Assembly (NCBI RefSeq): GCF_028641065.1
Contig: NC_073403.1
Span: 4,898,001-4,962,000 of the forward strand
From: Leucoraja erinacea
Taxonomy: Eukaryota
DNA length: 64,000 nt
Direction of reading: 5' to 3'
The translations under genes were made by a program, and so were the position numbers. The notes beneath the pieces were generated by a model. That model did no database searches, was not told the origin of the DNA, and saw only the letters and a program-made list of their open reading frames with translations. Below, one piece after another: positions 23,803 to 37,344 of the stretch. Position 1 is the stretch's first letter; every line of letters begins with the position of its first letter.

Positions 23803-24356
23803 GAGGAATAAGTTCATCAAACCGAGGGGGGAAACAACAGCACAGATTGGGACTGTAGCACTGCTGCCTGAGTGAGGGGAATTGGTGTCTGAAGATGAAA
23901 AATGTCGCCACTTGTTATTCATATCCTGTATTTAATTTTACTTAATATTTCTGGTATCAGTGTCAAAGATCTCATTCTATATTGCTGTTGGTGGCAACTT
24001 TGTGTGTTGTTGAGACAGAAAAAACTACAGATGCTAAAACACGGAGAGTGGAGTAACTCAGTGGATCCGGCTGCATCTGGGGGTGGGGGGAGGGGGGTGG
24101 AATGGACAAGTGATGTTTCAGGTTGGGACTCTGCACCCTGAAACTTCATCTGTTCATTTCCCTTCGCAGATGCCGCCTGACCGGCTGTGAATACCTACAG
24201 TACTTTCATTATTTTACTGTATTGTTGCAATTATATATCTTTCTCCCAGTCTTTACCTGGGGGTTAAAGTTTGAGAGGATACAAGGAGGCAGAGGAAGGA
24301 GGAATGGGTGAAGGGAGAGTGGAGGAAATTGATCAATTTGTTATATATTCCTAAAA

Positions 24357-24633
24357 AATAAATGCTAATGGTCATAGCTGAACTGCAGGCCAACTGATGT
24401 TGCTGCAGCTTAGAATCAGTTCCAGCAACTGGCTCATATTTAGAGAAATTGAATAACAAAAGTCAAGAAGAATAACGTGATTTTGTTTCGGTAACTTAAC
24501 GCACTAAAAACATTGTGCATCCTGTTCACATCCCATCCATGGTAGAGATTGGGACTGTAGTACTGCTCCCTGGGGAAGGGGAATTACCTGAAGGTGAGAA
24601 ATGGGGATTTGTTATTCAGTTCCCGTTATTAAA
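24357..24633 (+). terminator. SNF8: Candidate SNF8 polyadenylation signals
   Basis: AATAAA at 24357-24362 and ATTAAA at 24628-24633 downstream of the stop; usage unverified. Confidence 0.4.
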
Positions 24634-25855
24634 GGTGTGTTGAAAACAATCCAGAAGAGTTTTGAGTTTTTCACGGCGTTCGGTCACTTTAAGTAATGGA
24701 GAGTTTCCAGTCTGCATTGAGTCTTTTACCACAATGAAACAGGCCCTTTGGCCCGACTAACCCATGCCGACCAAGATGTCCCATCAAATGGTTTCATTTG
24801 TTAATAGTCCTCTTCGCCATGTCTCACTTTCTTGTAGTTCATAAAACCAACTTCAGGCTTCACGGCAGATCATTTTACGTAACTGCCTCTAAGAGCTGAT
24901 CAGAGCCAAATGTGGATTGTGGGCCAGTTTTGTCCTGAGGTTTATTTAAGTTCACGATAGCCTATAAGTATTTATCAGTTTTATTTTTAAGGGGCCCTGA
25001 CCTGCAGCGTCACCTATCCAGAGACGCTGCCAGACCTGCTGAATTACTCTGGCACTTTGTCTTTTTGTAAATTCTCACTGGATTGTACAGTTGTGCAGGA
25101 CTGTGCAGGATTGTAGTTTAACACCTTACACCTTGGTTTTTCTCCCACCCTCATTCAGACCTAACACTTTGTCTCCTTGATCTTCATGCAAAGAACTTTA
25201 ACTTGTTATAGAGAGTAATACCCACTGTACAGTTCTCAATCCAAGTGCATAAACACAGGTCTAAGGTGATGTTTTAGTACAGGGTGCTGCTGTACTGTCA
25301 TTGCGATGTATATCCAAGGCCACATCTAACATATATTGAAGAATAGCAGAGCCGTCTAGTATTAATCCTTCAATCATCATGACGGAAATAGATTTCAAGA
25401 TTCAGTTGGTGGGGAGTTACTGTGTGCAAAATAGCCGACACTTTCTAAAACAGTGAGTACACGGCAACAAGATGCACTCACGCCACACGTCCTTCCTTTC
25501 TGGCAAGGTAACTGTTATACATTCTCTTGGGTGGAAGCTTACGATCGGATATTGCTTCTGTCAAAGTAGATTCTCCTGTTTCTGTAGAGTACCCCAAAAC
25601 ATTCTCATACACACCTGCAGCAAGATTGAACAACGTACCTCGGTGACTGCCAATCACCACCCCCCCCGGACACTTATTATTATTTATTCAAATCATTTGC
25701 TATGTCGCTCTTCCAGGGAGATGCTAAATGCATTTTGTTGTCTCTGTACTGTACGCTGACAATGACAATTAAAATTGAATCTGAATCTGAATCTGAATCT
25801 GAAGAGACAGTCAAGGTGCAGGTCGACTAACAAAATACAAAGTTCTGGAGTAACT

Positions 25856-25883
25856 CTGAAGAAGGGTTTCGGCCCGAAACGTT
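25856..25883 (+). ncRNA. Minimal type I hammerhead ribozyme-like core (PLE type)
   Basis: CTGAAGA-A-GGGTTTCGGCCC (stem II)-GAAAC-GTT, with palindromic AACGTT stem III. Activity not demonstrated. Confidence 0.55.
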
Positions 25884-26521
25884 GCCTATTTCCTTCGCTC
25901 CATAGATGCTGCTGCACCCGCTGAGTTTCTCCAGCACTTTTGTCTACTCTGGAGTAACTCAATGGGTCAGACAGCATCTGCAGAAGAATGGACATTTTGG
26001 GTCAGGACCTTTCAAGATTTGATCTGATTTATGATCAACCCATTGCATTTTAATTAGTTTGAGTGACTTTTACCAGATCGTTCCAACTCAGTTTAGTTTA
26101 GAGACACAGCGCGGAAACAGGCCCTTTGGCCCAGCGAGTCCCCGCCGACCAGCGATGCCCACACATTAACACTATCCTACACACACTAGGGACAATTTAC
26201 TATTTTACCAAGCCAATTAGCCTACAAACCTGTACGTTTTTGGAGTTGCTCTCAGTTCAACTGAACACTTGCATTGTGGACACAAATGTCTGCAAAGGAA
26301 TAGCTGGAAAGGTTTGCAAGGCTCTTAAGCAATTTCAGACAGGATTAAATGATTTTTTTTTCCCCCCAACAGCCTGTGTAATTAACTGAATGGCTTCTGT
26401 ACTGAGATCTCGACAAATGATCGCGACAAATCTGGTGCACTCTCCCATCATGGGTCTATTTGCAAAGAATGAGGCAGCACAAGAATCATGCGTTGTGTAA
26501 ATTTTCTGCTATCAGCAAATT

Positions 26522-26527
26522 TTTATT
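26522..26527 (-). terminator. UBE2Z: Candidate distal UBE2Z poly(A) signal, implying a ~5.7 kb 3' UTR
   Basis: TTTATT on + (AATAAA on -) at the end of a long, mostly unique UTR-like stretch; an alternative signal lies at 29407-29412. Confidence 0.45.
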
Positions 26528-28398
26528 GCACCAAAAAATTCAATAGTTGCTTATATACAATATGAAACAAATAGACATCAGTGCTTTACATAGTTTGCAT
26601 ATTAGTTGTTAACCACAATTAGACAGTCCTTAACAGATGCAGGTGGTTAAATCGGTGTCATAACCCAGCCTGAGTAGCATTACTGGATCTCCTATCACCC
26701 AGGGACTAGCAAATAACCCCTTCCCTCATGTGTAGGAAGGAACTGTAGATTCTGGTTCACACCGAAGATAGATGCAAAATGCTGGAGTACCTCAGCGGTC
26801 TCTGGAGAAACGGAATAGGTGACTTTTCGGGTTGGAAAAAGGGTCTCGATTTGAAACGTCACCTATTCCTTTTCTCCAGACATACTGCCTGACCCCCTGA
26901 GATATTCCAGCATTTTGTGTCTTAATCTCCTCCCTCATGTTGCCTTGGATAATGTCCTTGCTCACCACTAACGGGCACTGGAATGTACTTTCCAGCTGGA
27001 GAATTTAAACCGCTGCATGGAGCCATGAAAAGCCGATGAATGGCCATTCCCCCAGATACATTTTCACCACATAAGGAAGCCGATCAGAGACAAAAACTAG
27101 TGCGGCACTGCCTGGCATCATAGACCGAGAGATCACCTGTATGTGTGGTCCATCCGGCCCAGGTTGCCATACAAGGAGTCACTGCAGTGAGATGTCGCTA
27201 ACACGAGTAGCCCAGGCTGAACAAACCAATGTGTGGAAAGGAACTGCCGATGCTGATTTATACCGAAGATAGACACAAAATGCTGGAGTAATTCAGAGGG
27301 TCAGGCAGCATCTCTGGAGAAAATCCGACAGGTGATGTTTTAGGGTCGGGACCGTTCTTTAGACTCTGAGGTACGAAGAAGGGTCCCGTCCCAAAACATC
27401 ACCCATCCTTTTTCTCCAGAGATGCTGCTTGACCTGCCGAGTTAGTCCAGCATTTTGTGTCAATCTTCTGAACGGACCAATCTTTAATTTACAAAAGGAG
27501 GTGCAAGCAGGTGTTTGACATGAAGTTCTCACTTCAGTATTTTCTCTCCCCACTCGTTGCCGAGATACCTGCACCCCATCCAGGTGCCTGCAGTGACTTG
27601 CAGGATGTTTGGACAAGAGTGGAGACGGCACAGTGCCTTTTCAGGCCAACGTACACAAACACTCGAGGCATTGGCGGAGGATGACGAGGTTGGGCAGACT
27701 GACTGAGGGCATCAGTGTCAACTCCCATCACAATCAGAACACTCAGTCCTGCACAACCCTGGGTCTCCCGACATTTACCTGGGGCTTGAAAACAAAAAGA
27801 AATCCAAATAATTGGTTTAAAGTGAAAAAAAAAAAGCATTTGATTAGTGCAGGGACGGAGCAAAGAAGACCAAACTCAAGTGGTCTTCTGTGGGAAAATT
27901 ATTTTTGACCAGAATCAGCTTCAAGGCTTGCCTGCCTGTACAAAAAACCCACTGGTTTCCAATCCTTGTGCAAGACAATACAGCAAAGACTTTCAGGGAG
28001 GTTCTGTGTGCTTCTTGGTTGGACCCTAACAAGTATGCTTCAGTCAATATACCCTTCGAACTACAACCTTCCTGCCACTAACAACATCATTTGCAATCCA
28101 GTGGATGTCTTTGCAAAGAAGAAAGTCAATTGATGCACTGTTTGTTTATCCTTCTGATGCTTTGCATCAGACAGTACTCATGCAAGCCTTTTGGGTTAGA
28201 AAGAATATCTTGGCAGCTAATTTCGGAACCACACTTTTCGATACATTTGGGATCCACGAGTATAATAAATTCCAGTTTCACAAACTACTGCTTTTAAAAT
28301 GGACAAATCAATCATGAAATTAACGACAGCCCAGTGGACCAGAGAGCTATTATCAATCTATTATCCATTCACCCATTTACAACATTCCAATAATCCTG

Positions 28399-28580
28399 TT
28401 CAAGAAGGAACTGCAGATGCTGGAAAAACTCAGCGGGTGTGGCAGCATCTATGGAGCGAAGGAAATAGGTAACGTTTCGGGGCCGAAACCCTTGAAGGGT
28501 TTCGGCCCGAAACGTTGCCTATTTCCTTCGCTCCATAGACGCTGCTGCACCCGCTGAGTTTCTCCAGCATTTTTGTCTAG
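28399..28580. mobile_element. Penelope-derived fold-back element with TSD
   Basis: Inverted arms centred at ~28495; flanking direct repeat TCCAATAATCCTG (28386-28398 and 28581-28593). Confidence 0.85.
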
Positions 28581-28861
28581 TCCAATAATCCTGGTGGCCA
28601 GAGGTCTGGTGGTCAGTCGTTAAACATGTTCACCTACTAACGGCCTTAAACGTATTGCATTACGTTTGGTTCAAACATTTCTTCCATTTCATTCCACATG
28701 ACCGCATCTGAGAGAAGTTTTGCCTGAATGTGTACCCCGGGTGGTTGAAGTTCAGAGGGGCAAACCTGCTTTGGATTAGGTGTCAGAATCTACACTGATC
28801 TGAGATCTCAGTTCTGGGTAGCAAAAGGTTTCCATTGCAAATGAACATTAATGATGAAAGG

Positions 28862-29051
28862 TTTACGAAGGAACTGCAGATGCCGGAACAATCGAAGGTA
28901 GACAAAAAACGCTGGAGAAACTCAGCGGGCGAGGCAGCATCTATGGAGCGAAGGAATGGGTGACGTTTCGGGGACCCGAAACGTCACCCATTCCTTCGCT
29001 CCATAGATGCTGCCTCACCCGCTGAGTTTCCCCAGCATTTCTGTCTACCTT
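28862..29051. mobile_element. Penelope-derived fold-back element with TSD
   Basis: Near-perfect inverted arms centred at ~28973, flanked by direct repeat TTAATGATGAAAGG (28848-28861 and 29052-29065). Confidence 0.85.
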
Positions 29052-32035
29052 TTAATGATGAAAGGGTTAGAACAACCCAGTAATAATTGTATATCTGTGT
29101 AATGTGAGCCAGTCTATGGACTGCAAAACAGTTCTCACATCCCTATCTTCCCTTATGGCACAATACTTTACTGTGTTGTGGGGGGGTTTGAAGCCTGAAG
29201 TGTACATGACATAGGTTTTAAAATGCGCACGCACAGGCACAGAGTAATGCATGTTGCCCAACAGCACCGTGAATGAAGGAACCCTGGACATCCCACCAGA
29301 AAGCAAACCGAGCCACTGAAGTGGTCTGGCACCAACTCACTCTTGAGAAACAAGGTGTTAGTCATCATGGTGAAATCGGACCAATTGTCTCAAAATATAA
29401 AGTGACTTTATTGTTCCATCAGATATCTATCAAAACCATTTGCTCACAGGAGCAAACCCTCGCACTGGCCTCGGCTATTAATTGCATTGAAAGTGCATAA
29501 TTACAAGAGCTGTGATCAATGTCCGTGGTCGTTATCTTGGATCGCTTTATAGGATGGAGAACTATTGCATAACACGACATGCCCACCGAACAATCACACA
29601 CTCGACTCCTGAGAGCAGCACACTCTCGCTGGTACAACAGGCAAGCGGCTGGAGGATCCCTCCTCATCATGCGACGGGGCAATTTCAAGCTGGGTGACCC
29701 AGGCACACACACACACACATCTTTTAAACCCGATCTTGCTGGAAAGTGCACAGGGGAGAAGAGTCTTTGCACATCGATCAGGAACAAAGGCAGTTTGGTG
29801 AATGTTTCCCCTTCCCCTTCCTCCTGTCACCTGGCAAACCAAAGGAGCCACTCTGGTGTCAACCAACCCAATGCAACCAACCATCAACGGCCCAGGACAC
29901 CTCTGGGGTCTTTGGGGGGGGGGAAAGGATTACTGTGCAAGAACTGAACTATTAACCGAGTTCCCTTTTTCCCCACAAACGTTGCCTAACCCGCTGAGTG
30001 TTTCAAGCAGTTGATATGTTTGCTTGTGGTCCATCTACTCAGGTCCAGTGGCAGAGAGCCAGCTCACCGAAGAGTTAAATTAAAAAATGGAGACATTATT
30101 TAGAGAAAAAGGAAATCCTGATTGCACCGTGATGTGACATGCTTCAAGATCCTGCCACAAACTGACAAAAAAACCCAGGATTCTATGTCTTCAACTTTTG
30201 AATGACACACGAGCAGGTCCCTACAGTACTCATCACCAGTCAAGCCCATAGATTAGTGTAACAAAGGATCCAAGGCAAATTCATTGGACTTGTTGAGGAA
30301 CACAGTGTATGGCCTTGTCCTCTGGACCACCAGAAACGGGATCCTTGGACAAACAAGGTAACACGGTCCATAGGCATCTACTCCACTCCATACATCAATA
30401 ACTCCATACCACAAAAGTATAATCTCTGGGTGGGATAGAAGAATAAAGCAACAAGCAGGCCACATGGAAAGTGTTTTGTTTTATCTCCTACTTGTTGTTG
30501 GTCACAGAGTACAAAACCAGGAGGACAGGATACTCGAACCCCAGGAATTTTACAGCCATTGGCCTGTCAGGGTTGATGTTTTACAAATGTTCTGTCTTGC
30601 TCGCACCTAGTTAGTTAATTCACCTGAGCAACAAATCCGAAATAGACACCAGAACTCAACTAAGGTGAAAGCTACTTTGAACCAGAAGGGACATTGTGGA
30701 TTGAGGAAGGATTTAACAGTCTAGTCTCCTAGATTGGATTTGAACTTGCATCGGAGAATGACAAAGTTATGATGGGAACGCAAAGAATCCAGGGCGTGGA
30801 GACGGGACTTCAGTAGCATAGTATGTAGGAGAAACTTTGAATAAAGATTTATATTTATCTCCAGTTTTAAGCCAGCCCAACTGTACATTAATGCATAAGA
30901 AATTAATTAGCTATGATCGCACATCATCTCCAGATATGGTCTGCAGAAACCTAACAGATCACCAGCCTTTTAAAGACAATAAAAGGAACAAGCAGGCAAT
31001 AGTGCTTCTTCAACAGGTTGTTACAACTGTTAACCGTGGGGCTTTTTTTGGATTCTAGTTCGATTTTCCAGCACACACTTCAAACAATCTTTCTCCTCGA
31101 CCTGGGTAACTGACTGCTCAACCAGTTACTCCACAAGACAATTTGCAGGCACCCAGTAGAGTTAACATTATTACACAACATGTGAGACTTGAAGCCAGAC
31201 TGTGATAAATTCACAGTTTTTAATACTTAAAATCTCGATATGTGGAAAAGGGTCAGGAATAAAGCTGTCAAACTACCATGAACATTAGACTAAATATTTC
31301 ACAATGCGTGGTTAGTCACGTACCACAAATTCCCTTTAAAAAAAATACATGCCTTTGGGTAGTTTGATAAGACAATTTGAATCGTATCGATTTACGTTAT
31401 TGATTGGTTAGGGGAGGGACCATAAGGAGCTACTTGTCACCAGTGCAGCCTCATGGAAACAAAACAAAACTGAAATGAAGTAAAAAATGTGGGATTACTG
31501 TAAATACTTACTTTAGTGGACAATCGAATGTCATTAATAGAAATGCCTGTAAAAGTGGCCTTTCAGTAAACTGTATTTTGCTGCCTTTGTTTGTGTTTAT
31601 CTGTTAGCAAGATCAAAGGGCCTTTGAAAAAGACTGAAGGAAGATTCTCTGTAAATGGAGTGGATTAATTCTGTAGGTTGTGCGGGAACACGTTAGCCCC
31701 AGGCTCTCTCGCCCCACCTGGTGAAGCTGCAAAAAACTGACTGAAGATGCAAATCCTGAAGCCATAAATACTTGGAACAACAACAGCCCAGAGGAAGTCA
31801 CCACCACAAACTGCTTTGCATGTGAATGTCACTTATGTAAAACACACAAAACGTCTGTCTGCTGGTTGTATTGGTCGGGATGAAGCACAAGGGTGACATT
31901 GTTGGGTAATCTGGGCATTGGAGCAACACTTTACAATGAAAGCAGGGCCCTGCCATTGAGGAGTATGGATTGGAGAGCTAAAATCTTAAAAAAAAAAATA
32001 TTATCATATATGATTCTGACCCAAGCCAATTCTCC

Positions 32036-32041
<6 letters not shown>

Positions 32042-32074
<33 letters not shown>

Positions 32075-32077
32075 CTA
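32042..32077. repeat. (CT)n microsatellite in the UBE2Z 3' UTR
   Basis: Direct inspection. Confidence 0.9.
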
Positions 32078-32243
32078 TCATTATAAAGCGAAAGCCAAGT
32101 GAAACAGGTGGCCCACAAAGATCCCTGACCTTTGGTCTATTTACAAAACCACACGAAGGGTCTCGCCCCTGGACCTGAGCTTGTGCCCAGCTTCCCTTAG
32201 ATCCTCACCACCACAGACACGGCCCGTCCCACAGTCTGTACCC

Positions 32244-32414
32244 TTAGGGGTTCGAGGTGCCCTGGCTGTCTTGCTCGTTTCCTGAGGAGCTGCTGTCAGA
32301 GTCTGGCTCTATCTCCTCCTCTTCGTTTTTCTTTTTCAATCGTTGCCGGGTGATCTGCAGCCGATTCAGTAGGGTCTGGTAATCAAAGTGACCGCGCCTC
32401 TCTCCAAACGGATC
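32244..32414 (-). CDS. UBE2Z: UBE2Z (USE1, UBA6-specific E2) exon 7, last coding exon
   Basis: ttgcag|[56 protein letters not shown]. Confidence 0.96.
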   Translation of the reverse strand, partial: DPFGERRGHFDYQTLLNRLQITRQRLKKKNEEEEIEPDSDSSSSGNEQDSQGTSNP

Positions 32415-32964
32415 CTGCAAGGGCAAGAAGAAAATGGCCGCCTCTTTACGCTGAAATTGATTACTACCATTAACAAACACACACGCGCACACATACACGC
32501 ACACGCACGCGCACACACACACAATATACAATACGGTTTTATTTTTCACATTGCACATAAAGTGCAAGTGAAATGAATTTGCCAGCAGCGGTACAATGAT
32601 AAAGAACATACAATACACAATTAAAATTTAACACAGACACCCATCACAGCATTCATCACTGTGGTGAAAGGCACAAAATGCACACACACACACACACACA
32701 TGCAGGAAGGGAATGCAGACGCCAGTTTATACCGAAGATGCTGAAGTAACTCATCTTCACCGGGCAGCATCTCTGGAGAAAAGGAATAGGCATTCTGGTT
32801 GGGACCCTTCTTTAGACACGAAACGTCACCCATTCCTCTTCTCCAGAGATGCCGCCGCCTGACCCGCTGAGAGCTTAAGAGCCTTTTCGATAAGTAGATG
32901 GATATGCAGGGAGTGGGGAAATAGGATCATGTGCAGTTTAGATCAACCTGGAATCAATCATGTT

Positions 32965-33170
32965 CAAGAAGGAACTGCAGATGCTGGAAAATCGAAGGTA
33001 GACAAAATTGCTGGAGAAACTCAGCGGGTAAGGCAGCATCTATGGAGCGATGGAAATAGGCGACGTTTCGGGCCGAAACGCTTGAAGGGTTTCGGCCCGA
33101 AACGTTGCCTATTTCCTTCGCTCCATAGATGCTGCCGTACCCACTGAGTTTCTCCAGCAATTCTATCTAC
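32965..33170. mobile_element. Penelope-derived fold-back element with TSD
   Basis: Inverted arms; flanking 18-bp direct repeat CCTGGAATCAATCATGTT (32947-32964 and 33171-33188). Confidence 0.85.
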
Positions 33171-33870
33171 CCTGGAATCAATCATGTTTAGCATGGGCAT
33201 TGGGCCGAAGGGCCTGTTCCTATGCTCTACTGCTCTATGTTCCTAAGTAATTCGCAGAGAAAGTTCAGCAAATTTACCGACGACTTTGCAAGATGCATAA
33301 CTCCTTTCGACAAGCATGTGTGAAATCATGTGTATGGCATTAAATGTGAAGTGCTTTGCGTCCTCAATGACAATTTGAGGCATAAATTAAGGAGATTGGC
33401 TCAGAATGGAGAGATGACGACACAGTTGGGCTGCTTGTAAAACAACAATTAATCTGATTTGAAACATGCCAATGTTACATTTCTCTTTGTAGTGGTGCTA
33501 ATGTCAGCTTTTGACTGTCAAGTGGGAACAGATGAGTCAACCTGGATGTGTAATGCTTGGAGTACTGATGCATCATCGTTGACTTTGAAAGAATTTGGCA
33601 TTACTCTTAGTCAATAACCCCAATGGAATGATATCCCAGTAACTAATTAATAACAGATTCTGTAGAGGCAACAACATCAATCCAGTCCATGTGGAAGGTT
33701 GCTTCACAGAACAACTTTGTGAGGAGAATCCACAAGGAAGCGCCCTGCCCAAGTGCGGGGGGAAATGAAGAAGCAATATGTTTTTTTAAATGCTCCAGTC
33801 TGGGATCTAACAAAACCAATCAGCATGCCAGATATAATTAAAACAACGTATGTGGGTGTTCAATGCAAAG

Positions 33871-34097
33871 CAACGTGGAGGAAGGAACTGCAGATGCTGG
33901 TTTGAACCGAAGTTAGACACAAAATGCTGGAGTGACTCAGCGGGACAGGCAGCATCTCTGGAGAGAAGAATGGGTGACGTTTCAGATCGAGACAAGTCTT
34001 CAGACTGAAGAAGGGTCCCGACCCGAAATGTCACCCATTCCTTCTCTCCAGAGATGCTGCCTGTCTCGACGAGTTACTCCAGTATTTTGTGTCTATC
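33871..34097. mobile_element. Penelope-derived fold-back element retaining a hammerhead core
   Basis: Inverted arms with CTGAAGA-AGGGTCCCGACCC-GAAAT-GTC at 34005-34032; flanking TTCAATGCAAAG repeats (33859-33870 and 34098-34109). Confidence 0.8.
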
Positions 34098-34947
34098 TTC
34101 AATGCAAAGGAGATGGATTGGATTAGGTTGGATTATTGTTGTAACGTGTGCCAGAGTACAGTGAAAAGCTTTTGCTTTTTGTGGTAACCAATGAATTCAG
34201 ATCATACTATACATGAATACAATCAAGTCATACACAAGTTCTACAGCTAGCGCAGAGAAAAAATACCAGAGTGCAGAATATAGTTTACAGCATTGTAGCA
34301 TTACGTTTACAGAGAAAAACAGAATTTAAAAAATAAATTGTTAGTTTATTCCTTTATTTACTTTATAAGTTTATTACTGAGATATAGTGCAAAGCTTTTT
34401 GTTGCATGCTAGCCAGTCAGCGGGAAGGACAATACATTATTACAATCGAGCCATCCACAATGATTTGGAAAATAAATGGTTAAAGTTATTTTTGTACACT
34501 GATGCTGGATGTTGGATGAATGATGCTCAAGAAAATGAGGCTCTCTATAAGAGCACCCATTATGGCTGAATTAATCACCAACAAGGCTGGGAGGTACAGC
34601 TGATGCCTCACGGTGCCAGAGACCCAGGTTTGATCCTGATCTCGGGTACTGCCAGTGTGGCGTTCGCACGTTCTCACTATGACCATAGGATTTCCTCCGG
34701 CTGCTCTGGTTTTCTCCCACATCCCAAAGACGTGCCGGTTTGTAGGTAAATCGCCCCCAAATGTTCAGTGAGTGGATGGGAAAGTAAGATAGGAGAACTA
34801 GTACAAACAGGTGATTGAAGGTCAGGGTTTGACTCGGTGGACTGAAGGGGCTATTTACACGCTGCAATCAATCAACTGATTTCACCAATGGCACAGGAGA
34901 AAATCACATGTAGATATGAGTAACAAGATTGAGCAAAAAGATGTTAC

Positions 34948-35038
34948 CTGCATGGTTTGTCCCTGTAGATGAAGTCGATCCTTACAAGACAGTTCATAGA
35001 AATCGTAGAACTCCATGAAAGATTTCTCCATCACACTC
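34948..35038 (-). CDS. UBE2Z: UBE2Z exon 6
   Basis: tcag|(R)[30 protein letters not shown]|gtaac, 91 nt. Confidence 0.96.
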
Positions 35039-36616
35039 CTGAGTCAATGGAAAACAATCATACAGTAATTTAACTAATCAATATTTTACAGTTGTGTATC
35101 TGATTTGTAATTTACACAGCAACAAAAACAACCTACGGCTGAAGACTAGAGGGCATAGGTTTAAGATGAAAGGGTTTTTTTGGAATCATATGGTGCAACA
35201 CAATTGTTAAAAAATAACTGTTTCAGGACTGGACGAGGGTTGGTCAAGATTATAAATAATGATTCTGGGAATCATCCCCTATCCTTTTCTTTAAATTAGG
35301 GGCATAGTACTACTTCTAATACTGTAAATAAAATATTAAATTTTTTAAAAAAAAAATCACAAAAAAAAATAAGATGAAAGGGGCAAAGTTTAAAGGAGAT
35401 GTGCGGGGCAAGTTTTTATTTGACAGAGTGTGATGGGTACCAGGGCTGGAGATGGAGTTGGAATGAAATTGGCTTTAAGAGAGACTTTTAGATATGCACA
35501 CGGATATGGATCATGTGCAGGCTGAGGAGATTAGATTAATTTGCCACCAGGTGCAGCGTGGACATTTTGGGCTGAAGGGCCATATCCTGTGACGTACTGG
35601 ATATCACGCAACAAAAAAGCTTTTCACTGTACCTCGCTACATGTGTCCATAATGAACCAAACTACTGTTTTATGTTCCATTACTGGATGGTGGAGGAGAG
35701 ATGAGGGGCAAGATAGCCTACTCCTGCTTCAATACCGTATGTTTTTATACTAGCCAATTTAAATGCCACTAGAATAATAGAGCACAAGAGGCCATTCACC
35801 CCACGGCATCCATGCTGGCTCCTTCAAAGAGCCATTCAGCTCCCTTGCTTTCTTCACCTTGTTTGCAAATTTCCCACAGAATCGTGTCAATATCAAATTC
35901 TCGTCCACTGAATTAAACCCTTTCAGGGAATGCATTCCACATTACATCCACCTACTGATTAAATATTTTCATTTCCATTCGACAAATATTACATCCTTTG
36001 GGTATTGACTGCAGTCAGTCACAAGTACTCTGTGCTTTCTTTAAACTCCCTCAGTATAATTATCACGCAAATCGCATTTAACAGTGAAAGGCAACTGGAT
36101 GGCATTTGATGGCACTGGGCCTGTACTCGCTGGAGTTTAGCAAGATGAGGGGTGCCGTACTTATTGAAACTTACTGAATCGTGAAAGGCCTGGACAGAGT
36201 GGACGTGGAGAGGATGTTTCCACTAGTGGGAGAGCGCCCAGGACCAGAGGGCACAGCCTCAGAATAAAAGGAAGCATCTTCAGAAAGGAGATGGAGAGGA
36301 ATTCCTTTAGTCAGTGGGTGGTTCATTGCCACAGACAGCGGTGGAGGCCAAGTCATTGGGAATTTTTAAGGCAGGGATCGACAGATATTTGATTAGCAAA
36401 CATGTCAAAGGTTATGGGGAGAAGGTAGGAGAATGGGGTTGAGAGGGAAAGATAGATCAGCCACGACTGAATGGCGGAGTAGACTCGGTGGGCCGAACAG
36501 TCTAATTCTGCTCCAATGGTTTATGATCTGAAGGATGAAATATTTCAGAGCATAATTTAACAAGCTTCACCCTTGAGTGAAATTGCTTCATTTAAACCCA
36601 TGTGAAGTGACCTTAC

Positions 36617-36729
36617 CTTAGTGCATCTGGGCAAGGACATTTCCCATCTAACATATCACAGACAGCTACCCTGACAGATTCATGCCGGATGCATTCATTG
36701 TAGTTTTTACTGTCTCCTGGATGTCTCTC
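36617..36729 (-). CDS. UBE2Z: UBE2Z exon 5
   Basis: ttttag|[37 protein letters not shown](R)|gtaagg, 113 nt. Confidence 0.96.
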
Positions 36730-37344
36730 CTAAAAAGATTAAGTTAAAAATATCACAGTTTTTAAATAATGTCCATTAATATATTTACAAATATTACCCG
36801 ACCCATTCTCCTATCCTTCCAAATTTTTCTCCGACTCAATAGGATAGGGAGGTTCTAGAGAGATGTGGGCGAAATGCAGACAAGCCTAAAATGCCAACCT
36901 GGTTGGTATGGACAAGATGGGCTAAAGCTCAATGTTGCTGATCTATATAGCTCTGTGGCTCTAAGTGACACACGGCTAGGATTTTGATGGGAATGACAAT
37001 ATTTTGATAGCCTTTGTGTCTCTCTTAGGCATAAATCAACATCTGCAGTTCATTTTCATTACAACATTAAAGGAGATTTTTTTTTTCATGTTACCCCTCT
37101 TTCCCCTACAAAGATAAGCCGTTACTCGACCACGGTCCCGGAATAACACATTTAAATGGTTACAGCTTGTTAGCTCTGACTGCTGATGGTAATGGCTTCT
37201 CATTTGCAGCATGCACCACGTGACGAGCCTGCCTTTACTCCATCTGCTCTCTGGTATAACAGGTACAAACAGGAACCTCGGGCAATTTTCCCTTTTGCAA
37301 AGTCCAGAGTAAAACCTGGACGCTGCTAAAGAATCACAACCCTC

